Positions 28,997-39,250 of a stretch of DNA of 64,000 nucleotides are shown here, piece by piece (the stretch's first letter is position 1; every line of letters begins with the position of its first letter). The position numbers and the translations under genes are program-made. This DNA is from Verrucomicrobiota bacterium. GTDB taxonomy: Bacteria > Verrucomicrobiota > Verrucomicrobiia > Limisphaerales > JADJPG01. The stretch spans positions 169,535-233,534 of the forward strand of contig JBJOEZ010000009.1 in the NCBI GenBank assembly GCA_046048995.1, given 5' to 3'. The notes under the pieces are model-generated. The model was not told the origin of the DNA. It made no database searches and saw only the letters and a program-made list of their open reading frames with translations.

Positions 28997-29059
28997 GTGA
29001 TCACCCATCTGCTGCTTACCAACGCGCTGCCTGCGGGCGGCGCGGCGGCGGGGTGTTGA
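28997..29059 (+). promoter_or_regulatory. Candidate leucine leader peptide ORF (20 codons)
   Basis: GTG ATC ACC CAT CTG CTG CTT ACC AAC GCG CTG CCT GCG GGC GGC GCG GCG GCG GGG TGT TGA encodes (M)ITHLLLTNALPAGGAAAGC. It has three consecutive Leu codons plus a fourth. It lies directly upstream of a terminator hairpin and of leuA. Confidence 0.4.
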
Positions 29060-29080
29060 CGAGTCCTTGCATCTTGTAAA

Positions 29081-29115
29081 CCCCACTGCCGAAACCGGCG
29101 GTGGGGTTTTTCTTT
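29081..29115 (+). terminator. Attenuator-type intrinsic terminator 54 nt upstream of the leuA start
   Basis: CCCCACTGCCG-AAAC-CGGCGGTGGGG is an 11-bp stem with one G-U pair, followed by TTTTTCTTT. The only upstream gene is on the opposite strand, so the hairpin cannot be terminating a plus-strand gene. Confidence 0.6.
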
Positions 29116-29168
29116 ACCTGGAACTGAGCAGCAGAGAGAAATCACGCCGCGCGGCCGGCCCGCTAGCC

Positions 29169-30749
<1,581 letters not shown>

Positions 30750-30758
30750 GCGGAGCGC

Positions 30759-32048
30759 TCAGGCCAGGCTGCGCACGGCCTGCGTGAGGATATCGACCCC
30801 CTCCTCCGCCTCGGCCCGGGTCAGGTTCAGGGCCGGCAACAGCCGCACAATCTGGTTGCCCGAAGGAATCGTCAGCAGGCCCGCCTCGTGCAGGCGGTTC
30901 ACCAGCTGAATGGAGGCCGGCCGGTCGCTGGCCCGAAACGCGGGAATCGCCTCCCTGTCCGCCAGCTCGAATCCCAGCATGAGGCCCACCCCCCGCGCCG
31001 AGCGCAGCACCTGCGGGTAACGGACAGCCAGCGCGTCGAGTTCCGCGCGCAGCCACCCCCCCAGCTCCCGGGCGTGCTGCGCCAACCCGTCCCGCTCGAT
31101 CACCTCAAAAATCCGCAGGGCCACCGCGCTCGCCAGCGGGGTGCCGCCATACGTCGTCCCGTGCGTGCCCGGCCCCAGCAGGTCGGCATGGCGGTCCCGC
31201 ACCCAGAACGCCCCAATCGGGAAACCGCCCCCCATCGACTTCGCCATCGACACGCCGTCCGCCACAAAGCCCTCCGCCCCGGGCACCCCCTCCAGCAGCC
31301 GCTGGTAGCTCTGGTAACGCCCGGTCCGAAAATGCCCGCACTGCACGCCATCCATCAGGAGGAGCAGCTTCCGCTCGTCGCAGAGCGCCCGCAACCCGAG
31401 CAGATACTCGGTCGTGGCCGGCGTGATGCCGCCCTCGCCCTGGATGCCCTCAATCAGCACCGCCACCGTGGCCGGGGACAGCGCCTCGCGGACCGCCGCC
31501 AGGTCGTTGAACGGCACATGCCGAAACCCCTCCACCATGGGCTCAAACCCCTTCTTCACCTTGTCCTGGCCCGTGGCCGCGATGCCGCCCAGGGTCCGGC
31601 CGTGGAAGGAGTGGGTGGCGGTCAGGATCTCGAAACGGCCCTCGTCATGCCCAAACTTGCGGGCCAGCTTGTAAAGCCCCTCGTTGGCCTCCGCCCCGGA
31701 GTTGCAGAAGAACACCTTGCCGGGTGCCAGGTGCCGCACCACCTCACGGGCCAACCGGCCCTGCGGCTCCTGGTAGTAGAGGTTGGAGACATGCACCAAA
31801 CGCCGCGATTGCTCGACGAGGGCCTCCGTAATCTCCGGGTGCGCATGACCCAGGCTGCAGACGGCGATGCCGCCGCCCAGGTCGAGGTAGCGCCGCCCAT
31901 CCACGCCCCACACCCGGCTCCCGGACCCGCGCTCCAAGGCCAGCTCAAAGCGCCCATAGCTGGGCACGACGTAGCGTTGGAAGAGATCCCGGACGGATTC
32001 GAACGAAGCGGCCGCGGGAGCGGCCGGGGGCGCGCTGGTGACGTTCAT
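30759..32048 (-). CDS. argD: Acetylornithine aminotransferase
   Basis: The track start 32087 is a TTG; the first ATG, 32048, gives MNVTSAPP. FCNSGAEANEGLYKLAR, SFHGRTLG and LLLMDGVQCGHFRTG are present. It lies next to argB. Confidence 0.88.
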   Translation of the reverse strand: MNVTSAPPAAPAAASFESVRDLFQRYVVPSYGRFELALERGSGSRVWGVDGRRYLDLGGGIAVCSLGHAHPEITEALVEQSRRLVHVSNLYYQEPQGRLAREVVRHLAPGKVFFCNSGAEANEGLYKLARKFGHDEGRFEILTATHSFHGRTLGGIAATGQDKVKKGFEPMVEGFRHVPFNDLAAVREALSPATVAVLIEGIQGEGGITPATTEYLLGLRALCDERKLLLLMDGVQCGHFRTGRYQSYQRLLEGVPGAEGFVADGVSMAKSMGGGFPIGAFWVRDRHADLLGPGTHGTTYGGTPLASAVALRIFEVIERDGLAQHARELGGWLRAELDALAVRYPQVLRSARGVGLMLGFELADREAIPAFRASDRPASIQLVNRLHEAGLLTIPSGNQIVRLLPALNLTRAEAEEGVDILTQAVRSLA

Positions 32049-32109
32049 CAAGGGGACCACTGATCCCCGGAACGACGGTGAAAGCAAGCCGGCAATGCGG
32101 GCGGCAGCC

Positions 32110-32991
32110 TCAGGACACCACCTCGGTGCCGACGCCGGCGTCGGTGAAAATCTCCAGCAGCACCGAGTGGTTCACCCGGCCATCGACGAAGGACACCTTC
32201 TCGACCCCGCTGCGCAGGGCGGCAATGGCGCTGTCGACCTTGGGGATCATGCCCTTGTCGACCACCCCGGCCGCCTTGAGCGCCGGCACCTCGTCCGCCT
32301 GCAGGTGCGTGATCAGGCTGGCCGGATCCGGCGGGCGCCGCAGCAACCCGGGGACGTCGCTCATGAAGACCAGGCGCCGGGCCTTCAGCGCGATGGCGGC
32401 CATGGCCGCGGCCACGTCCGCGTTGCAGTTGTAGATGCGGCCGTCCTCGCCCCGGGCCGTCGGGCTGATCACGGGCGTGATGCCCTGCGCGATGCATTCC
32501 AGGAGCGGGGCCGTGTTCACCGCGACCACCTCACCCACGTAACCAATGTCCAACTGGCGGCCGGGGTTCTCCCGATCGTCCAGCCACAGCTTGCGGCAGG
32601 TGAAAATGTCGGGGCCGGCCAAACCGCGCGCCGCCCCGCCCAACGACTGGATGGTGGCGACCACCTCGGGGTTGATCTCGCGGGACAGGACGTCGTCCAC
32701 GATTTGGACCGTGCGCTCGTCCGTCAGCCGCTGGCCCTGCACGAAGGTGGCCTGCAGCCCGGCCTTCTCCATGGCGCGCGTGATGGCCTTGCCCCCGCCA
32801 TGGACCACCACCGGGTTGATCTCCACCGCCTCGAGGAAGACGATGTCGCGGGCGACCCCCTGGCGCACGGACGGGTCGGGGGAATCCATGAAGCTCCCGC
32901 CGTATTTCACGACGAAGGTGGCGCCGTTGAACTTTTGGATGTAGGGCAGCGCCTCGAGCAGGGTGGCGGCCTTTTCGATCAGGTCTTGCAC
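32110..32991 (-). CDS. argB: Acetylglutamate kinase
   Basis: GTG start. LEALPYIQKFNGATFVVKYGGSFM, VVHGGG and the amino-acid kinase fold are present. Confidence 0.9.
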   Translation of the reverse strand: MQDLIEKAATLLEALPYIQKFNGATFVVKYGGSFMDSPDPSVRQGVARDIVFLEAVEINPVVVHGGGKAITRAMEKAGLQATFVQGQRLTDERTVQIVDDVLSREINPEVVATIQSLGGAARGLAGPDIFTCRKLWLDDRENPGRQLDIGYVGEVVAVNTAPLLECIAQGITPVISPTARGEDGRIYNCNADVAAAMAAIALKARRLVFMSDVPGLLRRPPDPASLITHLQADEVPALKAAGVVDKGMIPKVDSAIAALRSGVEKVSFVDGRVNHSVLLEIFTDAGVGTEVVS

Positions 32992-33019
32992 GGGATGAAA
33001 TCGGGTTGGGGCGCGGGCC

Positions 33020-35875
33020 TCAAGGGGCCGGCGGGGCGGCCTGCCATTGCTGCACGGCCTCCACGCAGCGGCCGCAGAGGGTGGGATGGGCGGACACCCG
33101 GCCGACGTCCTCCTCCCAGTGCCAGCAGCGGTCGCACTTGCAGCCGGACGCCTTGCCCACGACGGCGCGGAAGGGCTCCGTCCCCTGCCCCGCCTCGATG
33201 GCGAGTTGGGAGACGTTCAGGAGTTCCTGCAGCGCGGCGGCATGGGCGCGGGCCTCGGCCAGCACGGGGTCCGTGCCGGACAGCACCACCTTCGCCTCGA
33301 GGGCCTTGCCGATGAGCTTCTCCTGGCGCGCCTTCTCCAGTTCCGGCAGGACGCGCTGCCGCAGTTCAAACAGCCGGGACCAGGCCTGCTGCTCCGCCTC
33401 GGTCCGGGCGAGGGCGGCGGGCTGCCAGTCCGCCAGGTGGACGTGGGCGCGCCCGGCGCCCGGCGGCAGGCATTCCCAGGCCTCGTCGGCGGTGAAGGCG
33501 AGGATGGGGGACAGCATCCGGCACAGGCCGGTCACCAGCCGGTGCAGGGCGGTCTGGGAGGAGCGCCGGCGCGGCGAGTTGGCGGGGTCGGTGTAGAGCC
33601 GGTCCTTGACCAGGTCATGATAGATGGCCGACAGCTCGACGGCGGCAAACTGGCTGGCCTTCTGGTAGACCACATGGAACTCGTGCGCCTCGTAGGCGGC
33701 CAGCACCTCGGCCTCCAGCCGGGCAAACTCCCCCAGGATCCAGCGGTCCAGCCCGGTCAGGGCCGCGTCGGCCACGGCGTGGCGGGCGGGATCGAAGTCG
33801 TAGAGGTTCGAAAGCTGGTAGCGGAGGGCGTTGCGGATGACGCGGTAGGTCTCCCCCACCTTGTTCACCCGCTCCTCGCTGACCACGATGTCGCTGCGAA
33901 AATCCTGCGAGGCCACCCAGAGCCGCACCACGTCGGCGCCCCACTTCTTCACGTAGGCCTCCGCCGTCTGCGGCTTCTCGTAGGCGTTCTGGCCCTGCTT
34001 GCTCTTCGAGATCTTCTCCCGGTCGGCATCCACCATGAACCCGTGGGTCAGCACGGTCTTGTAGGGCGGCGCCCCGTTGCCGGCCAGTGACAGCAGGAGC
34101 GAGGACTGGAACCAGCCGCGGTGCTGGTCGGAGCCCTCCAGGTACATGTCGGCCTGCCAGCCAAGGCCCTCGGCGCGCGCGCGCCCCGGCGCGCCCCCCA
34201 GCTCGGGGCGCCGCATGAGGACGCTGCGCGAGGAGGACCCGGAGTCGATCCAGACATCGAGGGTGTCGCCGGACTTGGCCACAGGCGTGGGGCCGGTCCA
34301 GCCGGCCGGCTTGAGCAGGGCCCACAGCTCGACGGCGGTCTTCTCAAACCAGATGTTCGAGCCGTGCTGCTCGATGAGGTCGGCCGCGGCGCGCACGATG
34401 GCGGCGTCCAGGATGGGATTGCCCTCGACGTCGTAGAAGGCCGGGATGGGCACCCCCCAGGCGCGCTGGCGGCTGATGCACCAGTCGGGACGCGAGGCCA
34501 CCGCGCCCTTGATCCGGTTGACGCCCCAGTCTGGAATCCAGCGGACCTGGTCGATGGCGGCCAGGGCGGACTGGCGGAACCCCTGGTGGTCGAGGCGCAC
34601 GAACCATTGGTCCATGGCCCGGAAGATGACCGGGGTCTTGCTGCGCCAGCAATGGGGGTAGCTGTGGTGGTAGTTCTCGCGGTGGAGCAACGCGCCCCGG
34701 GTGCGGAGCTCGTGCAGGACGGCCTCATTGGCCTCGCTCTTGCCGTGCTTCTCCAGGATGGATTTCCCGAGCAACTCCGCGGGGAACTGCTGGTCGGCCG
34801 GCAGATCGGAGGTATGGGCCAGGCACCCGTCGTCATTGACCGGGGAATAGATGGGCAGCCCTTGGCGCAGGCCCAGGCCGTAGTCCTCGAGGCCGTGCCC
34901 GGGCGCGATGTGGACGAAGCCGCTGCCCGTGCTGTTCTCGACAAAGTCATCCCCCGCAAACAGGCGCCCGGTCCGCCGGCAGAAGGGGTGCTGGTATTCC
35001 AGGGCCGCCAACTCGCGCCCCTCCAGCGTGCGGACCGTCTCCGGCGCGGCCCAGCCGCACTTGGCGGCCACGGCGGCCACCAGCTGGGTGGAAAGGAGGA
35101 ACCGCTCGCCGTCCACCCGGACCTCCGAGTAGGAGAAGGTCGAGTTGTAGGCCACCGCGAGGTTGGCCGGCAGGGTCCAGGGCGTGGTGGTCCAGATGAC
35201 CACATGCAGGCCGGGCTGGCCGACCACCGGGAACTTCACGAAGACGCTCTGGCTGACGTGGTCCTGGTATTCCACCTCGGCCTCGGCCAGCGCGGTGCGG
35301 GCAGGGATGCTCCAGTAGACCGGCTTCTTGCCCCGGTAGATGAAGCCCCGCTCCACGATGTCGGCAAGCAGGCGCAGTTCGTTCGCCTCGTATTCGCGGT
35401 CGAGGGTCAGGTAGGGATGCCCCCAGTCGCCCAGCACGCCGAGCCGCTGGAACTGCTCGCGCTGCAGGTCAATGTACTTGCGCGCATGCGCCTCGCAGGC
35501 GCGGCGGATGGCGGCCGCGTCGCTGGTGGTGTCCCCGGCCTTGCGCATCTCCTGGGTGACCTTGAACTCGATGGGCAACCCGTGGCAGTCCCAGCCCGGG
35601 ACGTAGGGCGCGCGCTGGCCGCGCAGCGTGTGGAACTTGACGATGAAATCCTTCAGCAGCTTGTTCAGCGCGGTGCCGATGTGCACGTCGCCGTTGGCGA
35701 AGGGCGGGCCGTCATGGAGGACAAACCGGGCGGGCGCGCCGGCGCGCGCGTCCTGGATCTGCTCATAGAGCCGGGCCTGCTGCCACCGGGCCAGCCGCTG
35801 CGGCTCGCGCGTCACAAGATCCGCCTTCATCGGGAAGTCGGTCCGGGGCAGGTTGAGGGTGTCTTTGTAGTCCAT
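33020..35875 (-). CDS. ileS: Isoleucine--tRNA ligase
   Basis: ATG 35875 (MDYKDTLNLPRTDFPMKA); the track start 35887 is a TTG. HDGPPFANGDVHIGTALNK (HIGH), KISKSK (KMSKS) and the C-terminal zinc motif CDRCWHW..CGRC are present. Confidence 0.93.
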   Translation of the reverse strand: MDYKDTLNLPRTDFPMKADLVTREPQRLARWQQARLYEQIQDARAGAPARFVLHDGPPFANGDVHIGTALNKLLKDFIVKFHTLRGQRAPYVPGWDCHGLPIEFKVTQEMRKAGDTTSDAAAIRRACEAHARKYIDLQREQFQRLGVLGDWGHPYLTLDREYEANELRLLADIVERGFIYRGKKPVYWSIPARTALAEAEVEYQDHVSQSVFVKFPVVGQPGLHVVIWTTTPWTLPANLAVAYNSTFSYSEVRVDGERFLLSTQLVAAVAAKCGWAAPETVRTLEGRELAALEYQHPFCRRTGRLFAGDDFVENSTGSGFVHIAPGHGLEDYGLGLRQGLPIYSPVNDDGCLAHTSDLPADQQFPAELLGKSILEKHGKSEANEAVLHELRTRGALLHRENYHHSYPHCWRSKTPVIFRAMDQWFVRLDHQGFRQSALAAIDQVRWIPDWGVNRIKGAVASRPDWCISRQRAWGVPIPAFYDVEGNPILDAAIVRAAADLIEQHGSNIWFEKTAVELWALLKPAGWTGPTPVAKSGDTLDVWIDSGSSSRSVLMRRPELGGAPGRARAEGLGWQADMYLEGSDQHRGWFQSSLLLSLAGNGAPPYKTVLTHGFMVDADREKISKSKQGQNAYEKPQTAEAYVKKWGADVVRLWVASQDFRSDIVVSEERVNKVGETYRVIRNALRYQLSNLYDFDPARHAVADAALTGLDRWILGEFARLEAEVLAAYEAHEFHVVYQKASQFAAVELSAIYHDLVKDRLYTDPANSPRRRSSQTALHRLVTGLCRMLSPILAFTADEAWECLPPGAGRAHVHLADWQPAALARTEAEQQAWSRLFELRQRVLPELEKARQEKLIGKALEAKVVLSGTDPVLAEARAHAAALQELLNVSQLAIEAGQGTEPFRAVVGKASGCKCDRCWHWEEDVGRVSAHPTLCGRCVEAVQQWQAAPPAP

Positions 35876-36003
35876 GCGGAAAGTCAAGGGCCCGGGATGC
35901 TAGGGAACGGCGGCAGGGCAGGCAAGGATGGAGCCGCCGCCGCGCCGCTGACGACGGCCGCGCGCGGGGGGAATCGGCACGGCCGGAGGGCCCGGCCCCA
36001 CTC

Positions 36004-37260
36004 CTAGCGCGCGCGCAGGTTGAAGCAGATCAGGGAATCCTGGTCCCGGATGTAGAGCCTGCCGTTGGCAATGACCGGGTGGGGCCAGCTTTCCTTGGTG
36101 CTCCGCTCCGGTTGGTTGAACCGGCCCAGTTCCCTGTAGCCGTCGGGCGTGGCCTGGACGAGGGCGATGACCCCCTTGCCCCGCTCGCTCCGGCAGATGA
36201 GCATGCCATCGGCGGCCGCCACGGCCCCCTTCCCCACGCCGGCATGGGTCCACTTCACCTTGCCGGTCTTCATCTCCATGCAAATCCAGCCGCGGCTGTC
36301 CGAGTGACCATAGAGGTGGTCCCCGATCAGCACCACGCCGCCGTGGTGGTTCGCGAAATCCTTGTTGGCATAGACCTCCGTGGCGCTGAACTTGCCGCCG
36401 GTGGAGTCGATGCGGAACAGGTTGCACCCCACGCCATAGCCGGACGTGACGAACACATGGTTGTCCTTGTAGATGGGCGTCGGGATGACCGCCGTACTCC
36501 CCCGACGGGGGGCCCGCCAGAGCAGCTTGCCGTCCGCCGGGGCCACCCCGGCCACGCTGGCGTCAGTGAACTGGATGTATTGCGGCACCCCGCCAATCTC
36601 CACCTTGATGACCGACGAATAGGCCGCCCGGTCGGTCAAGTCCTTGCTGCGCCACAACACCTCGCCAGTCTTCTTGTGCAAGGCCGCCAGCGTGCCGCCC
36701 TCGCCGCCAGGGGTGCAAATGACCTGGTTCCCGTCCACCAGGACGGACTCCGAGTAACCCCAACCGCTCATCATCTTGCCCTTCAGATCCTCCTTGAGCG
36801 ACTTGCGCCAGACCTCCTTGCCGTCGGCGGCCTGCAGGCAGAGCAGGTCGCCCCACTGGCCGAGGACATAGAGATGGTCCCCATCCACCGTCGGGGTCGA
36901 GCGCGTGCCCGGATAGCTGCCCCCCGGCAGGCCCACCTTGGTGGACCAGAGGATCTTGCCCTTGGCCTTGCCGTCGAGGGCATGCACGAAGCTGTGCTCC
37001 GGCCCGTCGCCCATCGTGTAAACGCGGTCCCCCACCACCGACACGCTGGAGTAGCCCCGGCCCAGGCCGGCGGCCACCCAGACTCCCTGCGGCCCGTTGG
37101 TCGGCCATTCCTTGAGCAGGCCGGTCTCGGCCGACACCCCGTCGCGCCCGGGACCCCGCCATTGCGGCCAGTCATCGGCCGACAGCGGCAGGATGGAGGT
37201 CAAAAGCAACAGGCCCAGGCCAAGGGGGCGGCGGGAGGTGTTCATGGGTGCAAGCGGCAT
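36004..37260 (-). CDS. PQQ-like beta-propeller repeat protein (secreted)
   Basis: ATG 37260 or 37245 (MNTSRRPLGLGLLLLTSILPLSADD signal). DDWPQWRGPGRDGVS is followed by repeated propeller blades. Confidence 0.8.
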   Translation of the reverse strand: MPLAPMNTSRRPLGLGLLLLTSILPLSADDWPQWRGPGRDGVSAETGLLKEWPTNGPQGVWVAAGLGRGYSSVSVVGDRVYTMGDGPEHSFVHALDGKAKGKILWSTKVGLPGGSYPGTRSTPTVDGDHLYVLGQWGDLLCLQAADGKEVWRKSLKEDLKGKMMSGWGYSESVLVDGNQVICTPGGEGGTLAALHKKTGEVLWRSKDLTDRAAYSSVIKVEIGGVPQYIQFTDASVAGVAPADGKLLWRAPRRGSTAVIPTPIYKDNHVFVTSGYGVGCNLFRIDSTGGKFSATEVYANKDFANHHGGVVLIGDHLYGHSDSRGWICMEMKTGKVKWTHAGVGKGAVAAADGMLICRSERGKGVIALVQATPDGYRELGRFNQPERSTKESWPHPVIANGRLYIRDQDSLICFNLRAR

Positions 37261-37363
37261 GGCGGAATTACAGGAGGAGCGCCCGGAATGTAAAGCCCGC
37301 GTTGGCGGGCTGGCACGCCATTTTGCGATTCCGGTCCCGGCCCCGGGACCGTTTAATCGGCCC

Positions 37364-37846
37364 ATGCAGATCCGCACCGGCATCATCACCATTTCCGACC
37401 GGGCCTCCCGGGGCCTCTACGACGACCTGGGCGGCCCCGCCCTGAAACAGGCCGCCCTCGGCCACGGATGGGCCGTCACGGCGGAGGCGCTGGTGCCGGA
37501 TGAGAAACGCGACATCCAGCGGGCCATCCGCGAGCAGATCGCCCAGGGTTGCCAACTCATCCTCACCACCGGCGGCACCGGGGTCGCCCTGCGCGACGTC
37601 ACCCCGGAGGCCGTCCGCGAAATCGCCGTCCGCGAACTGCCCGGCTTCGGCGAGGTCATGCGCATGGAATCCATGAAAATCACCCGCAACGCCATCCTGT
37701 CCCGCAGCCTCGCCGCCGTGGTGGACCGCTCCCTCGTCCTCTGCCTGCCCGGCAAGCCCAGCGGCGCCGTGGAATGCCTCGGCTTTGTCGTCGGCGCCAT
37801 CCCCCACTGCGTCGAGGTCCTCCAGGAGGTCCCCACCAGCTGCTAG
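37364..37846 (+). CDS. Molybdenum cofactor biosynthesis protein, MogA/MoaB family
   Basis: ATG 37364 is in frame inside track ORF 37097..37846. MQIRTGIITISDRASRG..LILTTGGTGVALRDVTPEA..PGKPSGA is the MoCF_biosynth fold sequence. Confidence 0.85.
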   Translation: MQIRTGIITISDRASRGLYDDLGGPALKQAALGHGWAVTAEALVPDEKRDIQRAIREQIAQGCQLILTTGGTGVALRDVTPEAVREIAVRELPGFGEVMRMESMKITRNAILSRSLAAVVDRSLVLCLPGKPSGAVECLGFVVGAIPHCVEVLQEVPTSC

Positions 37847-37930
37847 GCGCCCCCGCCCATCCCCTCCCGCCGTTTCACGCCTTGACGCCCACGGGCAAAA
37901 CCCGAAGATGCCTGCCATTCACGCCCCGCA

Positions 37931-39229
37931 ATGAAAGCCCTCCTCCTCCTCCTGCTGGCCTGCACCTCCACCCTGCTCGTTTCCCTCCCCCTGCGCGCCC
38001 AGGAACTGGAGGCCAAGCCCGATGACCCGGCCTTCGCCAAGTTCCAGCCGCTCAAGGCCCCAAGGCCCGGCAAGCTCCTCCTCGAGAAGGGCGACCGGCT
38101 CGCCATCTGCGGCGACTCCATCACCGAGCAAAAGATGTATTCGCGGGCGATGGAAACCTACCTGACCGTCTGCGTGCCCGAACTGGAAGTCACCGTCCGC
38201 CAATACGGCTGGGGCGGGGAGACCGCCCCCGGGTTCCTCGCCCGCATCACGAACGACTGCCTGCGGTTCAAGCCCACCATCGCCACCACCTGCTATGGCA
38301 TGAACGACCACCGCTACGGCGCCTACCGCCCCGAGATCGGGGACACCTACCGCAAGGCCTCCACCCAGATTGTCCGCGCCTTCAAGGCGGCCGGCGCCCG
38401 CGTCGTGCACGGCTCCCCCGGGTGCGTCGGTCTCAACAAGAACTGGGACGCCGAGTCCGTCGAGGTCAAGAACCTCAACCTCGTCACCCTCCGCAACCTC
38501 GGCATCGAGCTGGCCGCCCAGGAACAGGTGGCCTTCGCCGATGTCTTCTGGCCCATGCTCCAGGCCGGCGTCGAGGGACGCAAACGCTACGGCCCGGGCT
38601 ACGCCATCGCCGGCAAGGACGGCGTCCACCCGGATTGGGCCGGGTCCTTTGTCATGGCCTACGCCTTCCTCAAGGGCCTCGGCCTCGGCGGCGAGATCGG
38701 CACCCTCACGGTGAACCTCGCCAACCACACCGCCACCGCCTCCGCCGGCCATCGCATCCTCTCCGCCAAACCCGGCGAGCTCACCCTCGAGAGCGCCAAA
38801 TACCCCTTCTGCGTCAGCGGCGACCCCGCCCGCGACAACAACATCCGCTCCGCCACCACCCTCGTCCCCTTCCATGAGGAACTGAACCGGTTCCAGCTCG
38901 TCGGCACGGGCGGAACCGGCCGCTACAAGGTCACCTGGGGCACGGAATCCAAGTCCTTCTCCGCCGAGCAACTCGCCCGCGGCATCAACCTCGCCCAGGA
39001 GTTCGAGAAGACCCCGTTCGCCGAGGCGTTTGCCCGCGTCGATGCCGCCGTGGCCCGAAAACAGGACTACGAGACCCGGCAAATCAAAACCCTCTTCCAT
39101 GGCCCGGAGGCGGCCCTGGACCTGCCGGCCGTCGCGGAACTCACGGAAAAGACCCGGGCCCCGCTGGCCCTGGCCATCCGCAAGGCCTTCACGCCCGTGA
39201 CCCACACCCTCTCCATCACCGCCGAGTAA
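37931..39229 (+). CDS. Secreted SGNH/GDSL-family hydrolase
   Basis: The signal is MKALLLLLLACTSTLLVSLPLRA. Block I is LAICGDSIT, followed by GWGGE and YGMND blocks. Confidence 0.75.
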   Translation: MKALLLLLLACTSTLLVSLPLRAQELEAKPDDPAFAKFQPLKAPRPGKLLLEKGDRLAICGDSITEQKMYSRAMETYLTVCVPELEVTVRQYGWGGETAPGFLARITNDCLRFKPTIATTCYGMNDHRYGAYRPEIGDTYRKASTQIVRAFKAAGARVVHGSPGCVGLNKNWDAESVEVKNLNLVTLRNLGIELAAQEQVAFADVFWPMLQAGVEGRKRYGPGYAIAGKDGVHPDWAGSFVMAYAFLKGLGLGGEIGTLTVNLANHTATASAGHRILSAKPGELTLESAKYPFCVSGDPARDNNIRSATTLVPFHEELNRFQLVGTGGTGRYKVTWGTESKSFSAEQLARGINLAQEFEKTPFAEAFARVDAAVARKQDYETRQIKTLFHGPEAALDLPAVAELTEKTRAPLALAIRKAFTPVTHTLSITAE

Positions 39230-39250
39230 CCCCGTCCCCCCCGGGTCGCC

